A stretch of DNA of 13,091 nt, taken from positions 1 to 13,091 of the forward strand of contig JBHLON010000063.1 in the NCBI GenBank assembly GCA_048940445.1. The letters run 5' to 3'. Positions 1 to 8,209 of this stretch are shown here, in pieces. Source of the stretch: Promethearchaeota archaeon. GTDB taxonomy: Archaea > Asgardarchaeota > Lokiarchaeia > Sigyniarchaeales > SOKP01. The notes under the pieces were generated by a model that was given only the letters and a program-made list of their open reading frames with translations, ran no database searches and had not been told where the DNA came from. The position numbers and the translations under genes are program-made. The first letter of the stretch is position 1. The number at the start of each line of letters is the position of its first letter.

Positions 1-1019
1 AAATCCATACCTTTTTTTGCCATTCCATAGAACATTGATTGTAAATTTGATTTTGTATTGATTGGCTCGGAGAAGTTGTAATTAAAAATATCAAATAGTA
101 CACTCATACCCAACTCTCTATCTAACCATTCCAATAAGTCAACTGAAAAAAAGGTAATCATGTAGGGCCATATAGAACGGATAACTTCATCTCTTCCATG
201 ATGCTTGCCGTTTTTATATCTATTTTTAGCAATTGATAACATCTCATGATAAAATTCTAAATTCTCTTCATATCCAGAGATAAAAATTGAAGTTCCAGCA
301 GATACTGCATTAAACATGTTTTCAATTGGACTAGGTTTAGCTTTGATCAAATCAAATAGCTCCAATTTTAATCGATTTACTTGATTTTCTATTTCAATTG
401 CTTCCCTTAGTCTACCAAAATCTGGCTCCTGTCCTATGACTTCCCCAAGTTTTTCTAACCCTAATTGAAGTTGCTCTGCATAGTACTTATAGCTTTTATC
501 TTCATGTAAATATGGTAGATCAGCCAAAATAAGTGGAAACTTCTTTTTATATTTAAAAAAGGGGTAAGACGCTATAGTACAATCACATGGGGCAGTTGGG
601 CAGAATAAAGCATCAAATTGAAACAATTCATCCAAGGTCATACCCATCGTACCTTTTTGTGAGGTACAAGTATGAAATGGATGCCCCCAACTGTTCATTA
701 AATCATAATAATTTTCTATACCTCCTTTTAAAAGAGTTGCAAGGAAATAAGATGTCCCTTCTATACAAACAGGAACGCAATCAAAGCATCTGAGATACTC
801 AGCAGGTAGAGAAAAATGATATCCAACTACAGGGAGACCTTCTTCAGCTTTTTCAATATCTTTTTGTATGACAGATTCAATTTTTTTAGTACCAATTCTT
901 AATGAGGGTATTCCATCTTCTGGTAAAATCTTTTCTACTAATTCACGAGTGGTCGATAAAGCCTTAAGGAGCATTTGGTAAGGTATAATTCTATTTGCAT
1001 TCTTAATTTTATTTACCAT
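1..1019 (-). CDS. 2-hydroxyacyl-CoA dehydratase / benzoyl-CoA reductase family subunit (HgdA/FldB/BcrB-like, HGD-D family); 3' end lies outside the window
   Basis: Manual translation from ATG at 1019 gives an open frame of 339 codons to the window edge: MVNKIKNANRIIPYQMLLK...GLPVVGYHFSLPAEYLRCFDCVPVCIEG...GHPFHTCTSQKG...CPTAPCDCTIASY...LADLPY...QEPDFGRLREAIEIEN...KAKPSP...RSIWPY. The HTC and APCD cysteines match the family Fe-S ligand pattern. A GAGGG SD-like motif lies upstream (1026-1030). Not in the ORF track because the stop is outside the window. Confidence 0.88.
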   Translation of the reverse strand, partial: MVNKIKNANRIIPYQMLLKALSTTRELVEKILPEDGIPSLRIGTKKIESVIQKDIEKAEEGLPVVGYHFSLPAEYLRCFDCVPVCIEGTSYFLATLLKGGIENYYDLMNSWGHPFHTCTSQKGTMGMTLDELFQFDALFCPTAPCDCTIASYPFFKYKKKFPLILADLPYLHEDKSYKYYAEQLQLGLEKLGEVIGQEPDFGRLREAIEIENQVNRLKLELFDLIKAKPSPIENMFNAVSAGTSIFISGYEENLEFYHEMLSIAKNRYKNGKHHGRDEVIRSIWPYMITFFSVDLLEWLDRELGMSVLFDIFNYNFSEPINTKSNLQSMFYGMAKKGMD

Positions 1020-1042
1020 AAATATCCCTCTTTTTAAATGAT

Positions 1043-2194
1043 TTAGATCATTTCAATAAACGCTTCAATTCTGGTTTGTAAACGCGTAGTATCTGATTGA
1101 TAGAATTCCCGGTCTATATTTAAAACAGGAATATCTAATTCTTTTAATTCATGATAGAAGAGCATGTTATCACAACCATGGAGATCACAATTATTAATTC
1201 TCTGTAAAATGACACCCTCAATTTTAGCATGATTTATTTCTTCTTTTAAAAAATCTAACCTTCTAGAATGATCATCCATCATTCTGGGGCATGATAATCT
1301 ATAATAAAGCCGCTTTGTTATGTTCTCTAAAACGTTATTATGATTTATTAATTGTATATCATCCATTATATTTCGAGTACCAAAGCAGAGAAAATCGGAT
1401 GCAATAAAGGCACCTGAATTTTCAATTAAACGAGTAAATTCAAGGTCATCTACCACACTCCCTCCCAATAAGATTCTCTTTTTATTGCTTATATCTATAG
1501 ATTCGCGATTTTCTAAAAGATCAAATATTCTTTTTAACTCTAAATTTGCTAGATCTTTTGGAACAGAAGAATTAGCCAAACTAATTTGAAGAGCTTCTGT
1601 TCCTGTCAATTTTGGTGTTTCTTGGGATTTCAATTTATGGATATTTCTTAATAGTCTCCGATTTTCATTATATACTCTAATTGATTCTGATAATTTGTCA
1701 TTTGTAATTGGTTTAATTTGATAATTCTGCTCCAATTCTACTTTCAATTCTTCTACTTCTTTTTTATACCATTCGAATCCCTGATCTGTAATTACATGTG
1801 GTAAAGCTAAATAGAATTGAGGAACTTTTTTATTAAAATTCTCCCTATTGAATACTTTTAAATCATATAATTCAAACATCCTCCTACTGTGGTCACAACT
1901 ATTACATACCAGAAACCCATCAAGAAAGTCGTAGGCTCCTCTTAAAGCTAAATCTAAAGTTGCTCTTACAAAGGAACAGGTGAATCGAACCATATATACG
2001 TCTCCCAAATCAGTATCCTTCGTCCCTGTGGCTCTAATTCGGAAGGGAAATAAGTCTGCTGCATGAAGTAATTCCTCAGGGATATAGGTACAATAAAACC
2101 CTACAATCTTTTTATTAGAATCTTGCCATTCCTTTATGTAAGTGTTGATTATAGTGTTTGAGATTTTTAGAAAGGGATCATCTTCTAGATTCAT
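1043..2194 (-). CDS. 2-hydroxyacyl-CoA dehydratase / benzoyl-CoA reductase family subunit (HgdB/FldC/BcrC-like)
   Basis: 383 aa. Contains VGFYCTYIPEELLHAA, TCSFVR, CNSCDHSRR, DFLCFG, NNCDLHG and C-terminal TRIEAFIEMI, all characteristic of the HGD-D family. Three candidate [4Fe-4S] cysteines are present. Confidence 0.92.
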   Translation of the reverse strand: MNLEDDPFLKISNTIINTYIKEWQDSNKKIVGFYCTYIPEELLHAADLFPFRIRATGTKDTDLGDVYMVRFTCSFVRATLDLALRGAYDFLDGFLVCNSCDHSRRMFELYDLKVFNRENFNKKVPQFYLALPHVITDQGFEWYKKEVEELKVELEQNYQIKPITNDKLSESIRVYNENRRLLRNIHKLKSQETPKLTGTEALQISLANSSVPKDLANLELKRIFDLLENRESIDISNKKRILLGGSVVDDLEFTRLIENSGAFIASDFLCFGTRNIMDDIQLINHNNVLENITKRLYYRLSCPRMMDDHSRRLDFLKEEINHAKIEGVILQRINNCDLHGCDNMLFYHELKELDIPVLNIDREFYQSDTTRLQTRIEAFIEMI

Positions 2195-2205
2195 ATTATC
2201 AAACC

Positions 2206-2697
2206 TTATTTACGTTTTTTATATACATCATTTTTACCAATCATCAGGCATTTTACTAATTTTAATGAAGCTCTTAAATCACCTTTAATTTTAGCTTTAC
2301 CAGGGATTATAAATTTCAATAATTTCATTATTCCAAATAAATTAGCTTTAGAACGGATTATTTCACTTATGACCTTAAGGATTTCTTTCTCCTTAACCAT
2401 TATAATGATCTTTGCAATAGGTTTACTTGCTTTTTCTACGCGGCACTCAAACTTCCCTCTATCTGATGTCATTATGAACGTGATGTATCCATCTAATTCT
2501 TTAAGATGCATTTCAATTTCTTTACCTTCAAACTTTTTAGGTACTTTTTCGAATTGAGCATCTAATCCAAATAAATTCACTAGCATTTTAGCTAATCTCG
2601 CTATATTTAATACTTTAGTTTGCCTTATTAAATGTTCAGCTCTTATATTGTTATCAATTGTATTAATATGCTGTTCTTGAGTAATACTAAGCACCAT
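2206..2697 (-). CDS. SCP2 (sterol carrier protein 2)-like lipid-binding domain protein
   Basis: 163 aa. The C-terminal FIIPGKAKIKGDLRASLKL resembles the SCP2 signature (GkLkisGD...lkL), preceded by a compatible strand pattern (EIEMHLKELDGYITFIM...PIAKIIIM). It ends 11 nt upstream of the dehydratase subunit. Confidence 0.68.
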   Translation of the reverse strand: MVLSITQEQHINTIDNNIRAEHLIRQTKVLNIARLAKMLVNLFGLDAQFEKVPKKFEGKEIEMHLKELDGYITFIMTSDRGKFECRVEKASKPIAKIIIMVKEKEILKVISEIIRSKANLFGIMKLLKFIIPGKAKIKGDLRASLKLVKCLMIGKNDVYKKRK

Positions 2698-2956
2698 TTT
2701 ATTGCTTATTTTAAACTTTAGAAATCGTAAATTTTGAAAAAAACAATTACTAATTATTGTATTTTTAAAATATTTAAAGATTTATTTCTAAGAATCTGGA
2801 AATGTATTATTTAGAGACGTTTTGCTTAGGGGAAGTAGATGGGAACTAATGATATTTCATTTACCCTTGTATTTAACTAATTTAATATAATGGGCTTCAT
2901 TATTTAAACTAAAAAGTCTTATTTAAATAATATAAAGCTAAAGAAGGTTTAAATCA
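2698..2956. promoter_or_regulatory. divergent promoter region (SCP2-dehydratase operon / aconitase)
   Basis: TATA-like boxes: TTTAAATA on the minus strand at 2771-2778; TTTAATAT at 2881-2888 and TTTAAATA at 2922-2929 (preceded by A-rich AAAAAG) on the plus strand. Individual calls are weak because of the AT-rich background. Confidence 0.5.
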
Positions 2957-4885
2957 ATGGGAAAAACCTTAACTGAAAAGATTTTAGAAAAACACTTAGT
3001 AAAAGGCACTTTGCAAAAAGGAACGGATATTTCAGTTAAAATCGATCAAACACTTACTCAAGACGCCACTGGTACAATGGCTTATTTACAATTTGAGGCT
3101 ATGGGTATTCCTCGAGTCCAAACTGAGCTTTCTGTTAGTTATATTGATCATAATACTCTTCAAGAAGATTTTAAGAATCCTGATGATCATAGGTATTTGC
3201 AAAGTATCGCAGCAAAATATGGGATATATTTATCACGTCCGGGCAATGGAATATGCCATCAAGTTCATCTTGAACGATTTGCACGTCCAGGGAAAACATT
3301 ATTGGGCTCAGATAGCCACACTCCGACTGGAGGAGGAGTAGGAATGATTGCCGTCGGGGCAGGTGGTTTAGATGTTGCAGCGTCAATGGCTGGAGAACCA
3401 TTTAGTTTAAAAATGCCAAAAATTGTTAATGTGTATTTAACTGGTAAACTACCTGATTTTGTATCTGCTAAAGATGTCATTCTAGAAGTTCTGAGGAGAA
3501 TTGGTGTAAAAGGAGGAGTAAATAAGGTGTTGGAATATACAGGACCAGGAGTGAAGACTTTATCCATCCCAGAGAGAGGAACAATCACTAATATGGGGAC
3601 TGAGACAGGTGCAACTAGTTCAATATTTCCGAGTGATGATGTTACTAAGGAATTCTTGATTGCACAAGAACGTAGTGATCAATGGATTCCATTAGAAGCC
3701 GATACAGATGCTGTTTATGATGAGACTATAGAAATTGATTTAAGTATGCTTGAGCCTCTTGTAGCAGAGCCTCATAGTCCTGGAAATGTGAAAACTATCA
3801 AAGAAATTGAAGGCTTGCAAGTAGATCAAGTATGTATTGGATCTTGTACAAATAGTTCCTTGCGAGATCTTAAAATTGTTGCAAATATGTTAAAAGGTAA
3901 AACGGTACATCAGAATGTTAGTCTTACAGTATCTCCAGGATCAAGACAAGTCGTCGATCATTTAATACATTCCGGAGAAATGGCATATTTCGTTGAAGCG
4001 GGAGCCAGAATTCTTGAGAATGCTTGTGGACCTTGTATAGGTATGGGACTCGCACCAAAAAGTAATGCTGTTTCGTTAAGAACATTTAACAGAAACTTTC
4101 TAGGAAGATCGGGAACTAAAAGTGCTAATATATATTTAGTGAGTCCTGAAGTAGCTGTCATGGCTGCAATTGAAGGTAAAGTCACTGATCCCAGAAAATT
4201 TGGAGAGATACCTAAAATTGAGATGCCTAAAAAGTTTTTAGTAAATGATAATATGATTATACCTCCATTACGCCCAGAAAAAGCTGAAGCTATCGAGATC
4301 ATTCGAGGGCCAAATATTAAACCATTACCTGAATTTAATCCATTACCAGATAAACTAGAAGGTGAAGTGCTTTTAAAAGTTGAGGATGATGTTACAACTG
4401 ACCATATTATGCCTGCAGGAGCTCAAATCCTTCCATTACGCAGTAATATCCCCGAAATAAGTAAATATGTCTTCAATGTAGTCGATCAATCTTTTCCCGA
4501 AAGAGCCAAACAAAAAAATGGAGGGTTTATAATTGGAGGAGAAAATTATGGTCAGGGTTCAAGTAGAGAACATGCTGCAATTGCTCCTAAATATTTAGGT
4601 GTCAAAGCAGTCATTGTTAAATCATTTGCTCGTATTCATTTAGCAAACCTTGTTAATTTTGGCATCGTTCCTTTAACATTTGTCAATAAAGCTGATTATG
4701 ATAAGATGGAACAGGGAGACAAATTTGAAATAGATTTAACAACAATTGATACTGGCAAAGTAAAGTTGAAAAATTTAACTAAGAATTTTGAAATCGAACT
4801 AGCTCATTCGTTAAGCAAAACAGATTTGGAAGAATTAAAAGCTGGTGGAAAACTAACTCTAATCAAACAAAGACACTTTACATAA
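2957..4885 (+). CDS. acn: aconitate hydratase, single-chain ~640-aa 'putative/Aquifex-type' aconitase
   Basis: 642 aa. Has TQDATG, YIDHN, GICHQ, GSDSHT, IGSCTN, ACGPCIG (three Fe-S cysteines intact), RTFNRNF, TTDHI, NYGQGSSREHAA and SFARIH. The swivel domain is fused C-terminally. An AAGGT SD-like motif lies upstream. Confidence 0.93.
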   Translation: MGKTLTEKILEKHLVKGTLQKGTDISVKIDQTLTQDATGTMAYLQFEAMGIPRVQTELSVSYIDHNTLQEDFKNPDDHRYLQSIAAKYGIYLSRPGNGICHQVHLERFARPGKTLLGSDSHTPTGGGVGMIAVGAGGLDVAASMAGEPFSLKMPKIVNVYLTGKLPDFVSAKDVILEVLRRIGVKGGVNKVLEYTGPGVKTLSIPERGTITNMGTETGATSSIFPSDDVTKEFLIAQERSDQWIPLEADTDAVYDETIEIDLSMLEPLVAEPHSPGNVKTIKEIEGLQVDQVCIGSCTNSSLRDLKIVANMLKGKTVHQNVSLTVSPGSRQVVDHLIHSGEMAYFVEAGARILENACGPCIGMGLAPKSNAVSLRTFNRNFLGRSGTKSANIYLVSPEVAVMAAIEGKVTDPRKFGEIPKIEMPKKFLVNDNMIIPPLRPEKAEAIEIIRGPNIKPLPEFNPLPDKLEGEVLLKVEDDVTTDHIMPAGAQILPLRSNIPEISKYVFNVVDQSFPERAKQKNGGFIIGGENYGQGSSREHAAIAPKYLGVKAVIVKSFARIHLANLVNFGIVPLTFVNKADYDKMEQGDKFEIDLTTIDTGKVKLKNLTKNFEIELAHSLSKTDLEELKAGGKLTLIKQRHFT

Positions 4886-4905
4886 TTAAAATTTAAGTTT
4901 ATTAA

Positions 4906-4920
4906 TTTTCTTTTTTGTTT
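4906..4920 (+). terminator. oligo-T tract, archaeal-type terminator for aconitase
   Basis: TTTTCTTTTTTGTTT about 20 nt after the aconitase stop. Confidence 0.5.
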
Positions 4921-4924
4921 AATA

Positions 4925-4932
4925 TTTATAAG
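4925..4932 (+). promoter_or_regulatory. TATA-box candidate for the methyltransferase
   Basis: TTTATAAG. Canonical archaeal spacing predicts a transcription start near 4954. Confidence 0.4.
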
Positions 4933-4941
4933 TTAAATTAA

Positions 4942-5709
4942 GTGAGAAAAATAGGTAAAGCAAATTATTATTTGGATCCAAAGATACGATTCTCTTCTCG
5001 AGTAGAGAACTATATTAAGTATCGCCCTAAATATCCTCAAGAAGTAATTACTTTTTTAAAAGAAAAGAATATCCTCTTAAATGATTCGATTATAGCGGAT
5101 ATAGGTTCCGGTACTGGAATCTTAAGTAAGCTATTTTTAAAGAATGGGAATTTAGTCTATGGAGTCGAACCAAATAAAGATATGAGAAATGCTGCTGAAA
5201 AATTATTAATTAATTATCCAAATTTTAATAGTATTGATGGTTCGGCTGAAAATACAAAATTACGTAAAAATTCTATTGATTTGATTACTGCAGGTCAGTC
5301 TTTTCATTGGTTTGATGTTGATAAGACTAAGAAAGAATTTAAACGAATTATTAAACCTAAATGTTATGTTGCTTTAATTTGGAATAATCGAAGAAAGAAA
5401 GCTCCAGGATTTCCTAGTGAATATGACCAACTTCTCTTAAAATATGGTAAAGATTATAAAGAAGTCCGTAAAAATGAAAAGAATATTGATAAATTTTTTT
5501 TGTATGAAAAAAAAGTTCTTTATAACTTCCAAGAAGTTAATCTTGAAGAGTTTAAAGGAAGAGTACTTTCAGCTTCTTATATCCCCTTAGAAGATGATCC
5601 TATTTTCGGAGAGATGATTAAAGATTTTGAAAATCTTTTCATGAAGTATCAAGAAAAAGGATCTTTGAAATTGGAGTATGATACAGAGATATATTTTGGG
5701 AAGATTTGA
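4942..5709 (+). CDS. class I SAM-dependent methyltransferase (Methyltransf_11/25-type); true start probably TTG at 4972
   Basis: Motif I ADIGSGTG, followed by GVEPN, GSAE, DLITAGQSFHWFD and SASY. The N-terminal RFSSRVENYIKYRPKYP is typical of this family. Confidence 0.92.
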   Translation: MRKIGKANYYLDPKIRFSSRVENYIKYRPKYPQEVITFLKEKNILLNDSIIADIGSGTGILSKLFLKNGNLVYGVEPNKDMRNAAEKLLINYPNFNSIDGSAENTKLRKNSIDLITAGQSFHWFDVDKTKKEFKRIIKPKCYVALIWNNRRKKAPGFPSEYDQLLLKYGKDYKEVRKNEKNIDKFFLYEKKVLYNFQEVNLEEFKGRVLSASYIPLEDDPIFGEMIKDFENLFMKYQEKGSLKLEYDTEIYFGKI

Positions 5710-5797
5710 ACAATCAAAAAATTATGATTTGAATTTTGTTAAAATTCTTACAAATAATCTTTTGATGGGATGAATAAATAGTTAAAATAAAACAAAA

Positions 5798-6997
5798 TTA
5801 TGATTTATGTTTAATTTTCTTTGTTTTCGATCTTCTTCGTATTGTTTTTCCAGAAAGGGTCAAATAAAACATCAAATTCCCCAAAAGTTGTGTCAGAAGC
5901 GCAAAGATACCTACCACAAGGACATCTGGTATTAAAAATAATAAGCTAGTTCCTTTAATCATTATCCCACGAAGTGCATGTACAGCATATGTCATCGGAT
6001 TGAATAGTACGATATCTTTTAGCCAAATAGGCAAAGATTCCACTGGATAAAAAGCTCCTGACAGGAAAAATACTGGAAAGTTTATTAAGCCACCTACAAA
6101 TTGGAATGCTGTTAAATCAATTTTAACGCTTAAAGCAATGGAAACCCCTACAAAACCCAAAGCAAGAAGAATGACCATGATATAAAGATATAGTATTGTA
6201 AGGGGTGTTAATATCATATGAACTCCCAAGAGAAGAGCAATTAAGAGAATAAATGTCGCTTGAACAGTAACTTTAGTTACTCCAGCAAATGTGAACCCTA
6301 AGACTAAACTACTACGACTTGCTGGAGTTGTTACTAACATGTCAAAGTATCCAATTTCTCTATCAAGTATCACCGGCATCCCTGCAGCAAATAACGATGT
6401 AAATAGAATAGTCATAGCTAGTATACCAGGGGCAAGAAAATCAATGAATTCATAATCAGTTGAAGCATATTGATCATTATAAGTTATTAATGAGGGACTT
6501 GTCGGAGGAATAAAACCTAATAAATTAAAGAGCCAAACACCAACATGTGAATCATGTATCGTTTCATTTAATGCCTGAGCTGCAATTGCTTTAAGAGCTT
6601 GAGACACTAATAAATTAGTATTATCAATTGTTACATTTATTACAGTATTGATTCCAGATGCGATTCCAGCTAATCCATAGCTAAAATTTACCGGAATAAC
6701 TATAAATCCTGCTATTTGTCCATCATCAACCAATCTCTGAGCATCAGGAACTGAAATATTAACAGAAACAATTGTTACTTCGGTAGAGTTTTGAAGTGAT
6801 TCATAGTAAACTCGTCCAGGAGTTTGGGAATCCAAATTTATCACGGCTATTGGAATATCTGTGAAAGTCCCCGAATAGGCATTTCCAACTATAACTAAAA
6901 ATAATACAGGAAGAAGAAGGGAACTAACGAGTTGTACTCGACTTCTCCACCACTTCCTCATTTCTCGTTTCCAAATTGCAGTCATTCCTTTTAGCAT
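5798..6997 (-). CDS. ABC-2 type exporter permease with an extracytoplasmic domain
   Basis: 399 aa. N-terminal IWKRE..WWR, one TM helix, a ~145-aa loop starting PIAVINLD, then FLAPGIL, DREIG, LVTTP, FFLSGAFYPVESLP and NPMTYAVHALR motifs with multiple TM helices. Confidence 0.93.
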   Translation of the reverse strand: MLKGMTAIWKREMRKWWRSRVQLVSSLLLPVLFLVIVGNAYSGTFTDIPIAVINLDSQTPGRVYYESLQNSTEVTIVSVNISVPDAQRLVDDGQIAGFIVIPVNFSYGLAGIASGINTVINVTIDNTNLLVSQALKAIAAQALNETIHDSHVGVWLFNLLGFIPPTSPSLITYNDQYASTDYEFIDFLAPGILAMTILFTSLFAAGMPVILDREIGYFDMLVTTPASRSSLVLGFTFAGVTKVTVQATFILLIALLLGVHMILTPLTILYLYIMVILLALGFVGVSIALSVKIDLTAFQFVGGLINFPVFFLSGAFYPVESLPIWLKDIVLFNPMTYAVHALRGIMIKGTSLLFLIPDVLVVGIFALLTQLLGNLMFYLTLSGKTIRRRSKTKKIKHKS

Positions 6998-7000
6998 TTT

Positions 7001-8035
7001 CTACACTCTACTCCTCATTCTTCCAATTAATTTTGCTGTTTGCTTTTTTGTATCTTTTGAATAGTCTCCTCGTTCAGTCTCCTCTCTTATGTCTCTTCCA
7101 GTATATTTTATAAAGACATCATTAAGAGATGGGCTTCTTATTCCTATAGAATCGATTTCTAGACCAAGCGATTCAATTTTATGTATTATCGAAGGTAAAG
7201 CATGTTTACCACTAGCGACTGTTATTCGAATAGAATCACCCTTAAAAGCTATATTACTCCCAAGATCTAAAGTCAAAATTCTGGATTTAAGCTCTTCATT
7301 TAATTGAGTTTCATTTTCTCCTGTAAGCAAAGTCATCTCAACTAAATCTTGACCAAAATTATTTTTCAAATTTTCTGGTGTATCCATAGTCATAATATGT
7401 CCAAAATCAATGATAGCCACACGATTCATTTCTTGTTCTGCTTCCTCAAGGTAATGTGTCGATGCCACAATTGTTAGGTTTCGATTCTCTTGTAAATTAT
7501 GAATAAAGTCCCAAACTACGCGACGTGTCTGTGGATCCAATCCAGCTGTAGGTTCATCTAAAAAGAGTACCTTGGGATCAGGAAGCAACCCTCGAGCAAT
7601 TTCCAAACGTCGTTTCATACCTCCGCTAAAGTGAGCCACAAGATCTTTTTTTCTTGCATCAAGTTCAACTAATTTTAAAACTTCTAAAATTCGAGATTTT
7701 ATTTCATGCCGAGGTAAGCTATAAAGATCTGCAAAAAGTCTTAAATTTTCATAGGCCGTTAATCGAATATCAAGAGCTGTATCTTGTGGTACATAACCGA
7801 TTCTTCGGCGAATTTCATTGGCTTGAGAAACAATATCAAAACCAGCAACGTTGGCTCGTCCACTTGTTGGAGTTAAAAGTGTAATTAACATTTTAATCAA
7901 GGTTGTCTTTCCAGCTCCGTTGGGACCCAATAATCCAAAAATCTCGCCTGCATCGATCGATAGATTGATTTTATCTACTGCTATTAATCCTTCAAATTCT
8001 TTGGTTAGATTAAAAGTCTCTACAACTTTTTCCAT
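7001..8035 (-). CDS. ABC exporter ATP-binding subunit (DrrA-like, with C-terminal accessory domain)
   Basis: Walker A GPNGAGKT, Q-loop YVPQ, signature FSGGM, Walker B LFLDEP, H-loop STH, and C-terminal PSLNDVFIKYTG. Its stop is 3 nt from the permease start. Confidence 0.95.
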   Translation of the reverse strand: MEKVVETFNLTKEFEGLIAVDKINLSIDAGEIFGLLGPNGAGKTTLIKMLITLLTPTSGRANVAGFDIVSQANEIRRRIGYVPQDTALDIRLTAYENLRLFADLYSLPRHEIKSRILEVLKLVELDARKKDLVAHFSGGMKRRLEIARGLLPDPKVLFLDEPTAGLDPQTRRVVWDFIHNLQENRNLTIVASTHYLEEAEQEMNRVAIIDFGHIMTMDTPENLKNNFGQDLVEMTLLTGENETQLNEELKSRILTLDLGSNIAFKGDSIRITVASGKHALPSIIHKIESLGLEIDSIGIRSPSLNDVFIKYTGRDIREETERGDYSKDTKKQTAKLIGRMRSRV

Positions 8036-8184
8036 TAGACCACTCTAATAAATAATTTAATTCTTAGTTACGTTTGCAAATTACATAAAAAATATTTAAA
8101 AATAACATCTAATTTTTATAGAAAAATTATCTTCAGACTTATTTCAAATTACAAATAGAAAAATAGAAAAAAGTTAATTAATAT

Positions 8185-8202
8185 AAAATAAAAAAAGAAT
8201 AA
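8185..8202 (-). terminator. oligo-T tract downstream of the FGGY kinase
   Basis: The minus strand reads TTATTCTTTTTTTATTTT just after the stop at 8210. Confidence 0.5.
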
Positions 8203-8209
8203 GTATAGT

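Noticed and set aside
2829-2868. Hairpin as a SECIS element, fluoride riboswitch or canonical IRE
   Set aside because: It contains GAA, AUGA and GAUGG/CUAAUGA words, but lacks the SECIS tandem GA quartet geometry, the crcB pseudoknot pairing and the CAGUGN loop. No gene here has an in-frame TGA at a conserved Cys position.
5707-5709. TGA stop of the methyltransferase as selenocysteine or readthrough
   Set aside because: The protein ends at the normal family C-terminus (YDTEIYFGKI) and the sequence beyond is AT-rich spacer.
8068-8087. TTTGCAAA palindrome with flanking TTAC words upstream of the ABC ATPase
   Set aside because: Only an 8-bp core, with no second copy in the other spacers and no regulator nearby. 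Chance occurrence is plausible.
8151-8200. AAATAGAA duplications and A-runs (similar TAAAAT repeats at 11001-11019)
   Set aside because: Low-complexity AT-rich spacer sequence. No regular repeat-spacer pattern, so not CRISPR or iterons.
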